Part shown: positions 63,949 to 64,000 of the stretch, piece after piece
Position numbering within the stretch: the stretch's first letter is position 1
How the letters are laid out: every line of letters starts with the position of its first letter
DNA from: a virus
Reading direction: 5' to 3' (one strand)
IMG/VR virus record: IMGVR_UViG_3300045988_175002
Length of the DNA: 64,000 nt
The notes under the pieces: model-generated
What the model saw: only the letters and a program-made list of their open reading frames with translations
Told to the model about the DNA's origin: nothing
Database searches by the model: none
Translations under genes and position numbers: made by a program

Positions 63949-64000
63949 GCGAGAAAACCAGACGGGATAAGACGTTGAAGCTTATCGAGGACGGCGATGA
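63945..64000 (+). CDS. hypothetical protein, 5' fragment (continues beyond window)
   Basis: Strong AAGGAGG ribosome-binding site at 63931-63937, then GTG at 63945 overlapping the upstream TGA. Open to the end of the window. Confidence 0.3.
   Translation, partial: MSEKTRRDKTLKLIEDGD

Noticed and set aside
1-64000. CRISPR arrays, tRNA/rRNA genes, phage structural genes
   Set aside because: No regularly spaced short repeats were found. No tRNA-like cloverleaf sequences or rRNA stretches were noticed. No capsid, portal, terminase or tail motifs were seen in any translation.

Overview
This 64 kb window looks like an accessory segment of a large conjugative plasmid, or a plasmid-like ICE, from a GC-rich Gram-positive, probably actinobacterial, host. 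No phage structural genes were seen.

(1) Positions 1-16.5 kb hold a minus-strand array of small, mostly orphan genes. They are driven by at least 10 near-identical copies of a ~22 bp promoter/operator-like motif (minus-strand consensus TATACTGGAATTGTTCACACAA), each 21-39 nt upstream of a start codon. Three IS elements interrupt the array: two IS200/IS605-type elements with divergent tnpA (Y1 HuH) and tnpB, and one IS607-type element with serine-recombinase tnpA plus tnpB.

(2) An AT-rich islet carries an AAA+ ATPase with a C-terminal winged-helix-like region.

(3) A complete diversity-generating retroelement (DGR) is read directly from the sequence, all on the minus strand. Its parts are:
- target gene 22058..22990;
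- putative avd 21470..21985;
- template repeat (TR) 21262..21427;
- reverse transcriptase 19850..21079, with the DGR-type LGxxxSQ and YMDD motifs.
The 3' variable repeat (VR, 22060..22225) differs from the TR at 15 positions, every one a coding-strand adenine of the TR. A perfect 11-bp GC hairpin lies immediately 3' of the VR.

(4) The DGR target sits 12 bp downstream of, and co-oriented with, a sortase-dependent pilus locus: pilin, class C sortase, and a ~1790-aa LPXTG adhesin with RCC1 beta-propeller and CnaB/SdrD-B repeats. The sortase ORF runs in frame into the adhesin with no stop codon.

(5) A maintenance and transfer backbone follows: flotillin/SPFH, replicative helicase DnaB, a ParB-nuclease-domain protein, two AAA/ParA-type ATPases, an FtsK/VirD4-superfamily DNA translocase, VirB2-like and large polytopic membrane proteins, parA-parB, a RepA-like initiator, and an iteron/palindrome-rich origin-like region at 56.3-57.1 kb.

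(6) Oddities are an 870-bp almost thymine-free tract on the plus strand (42.09-42.96 kb), a 37-bp direct repeat pair (38.79 and 62.55 kb) bracketing the transfer/replication module, and tandem small paralogues.

No rRNA, tRNA or CRISPR array was recognised. All functional assignments come from reading motifs in the supplied translations; no database search was possible.
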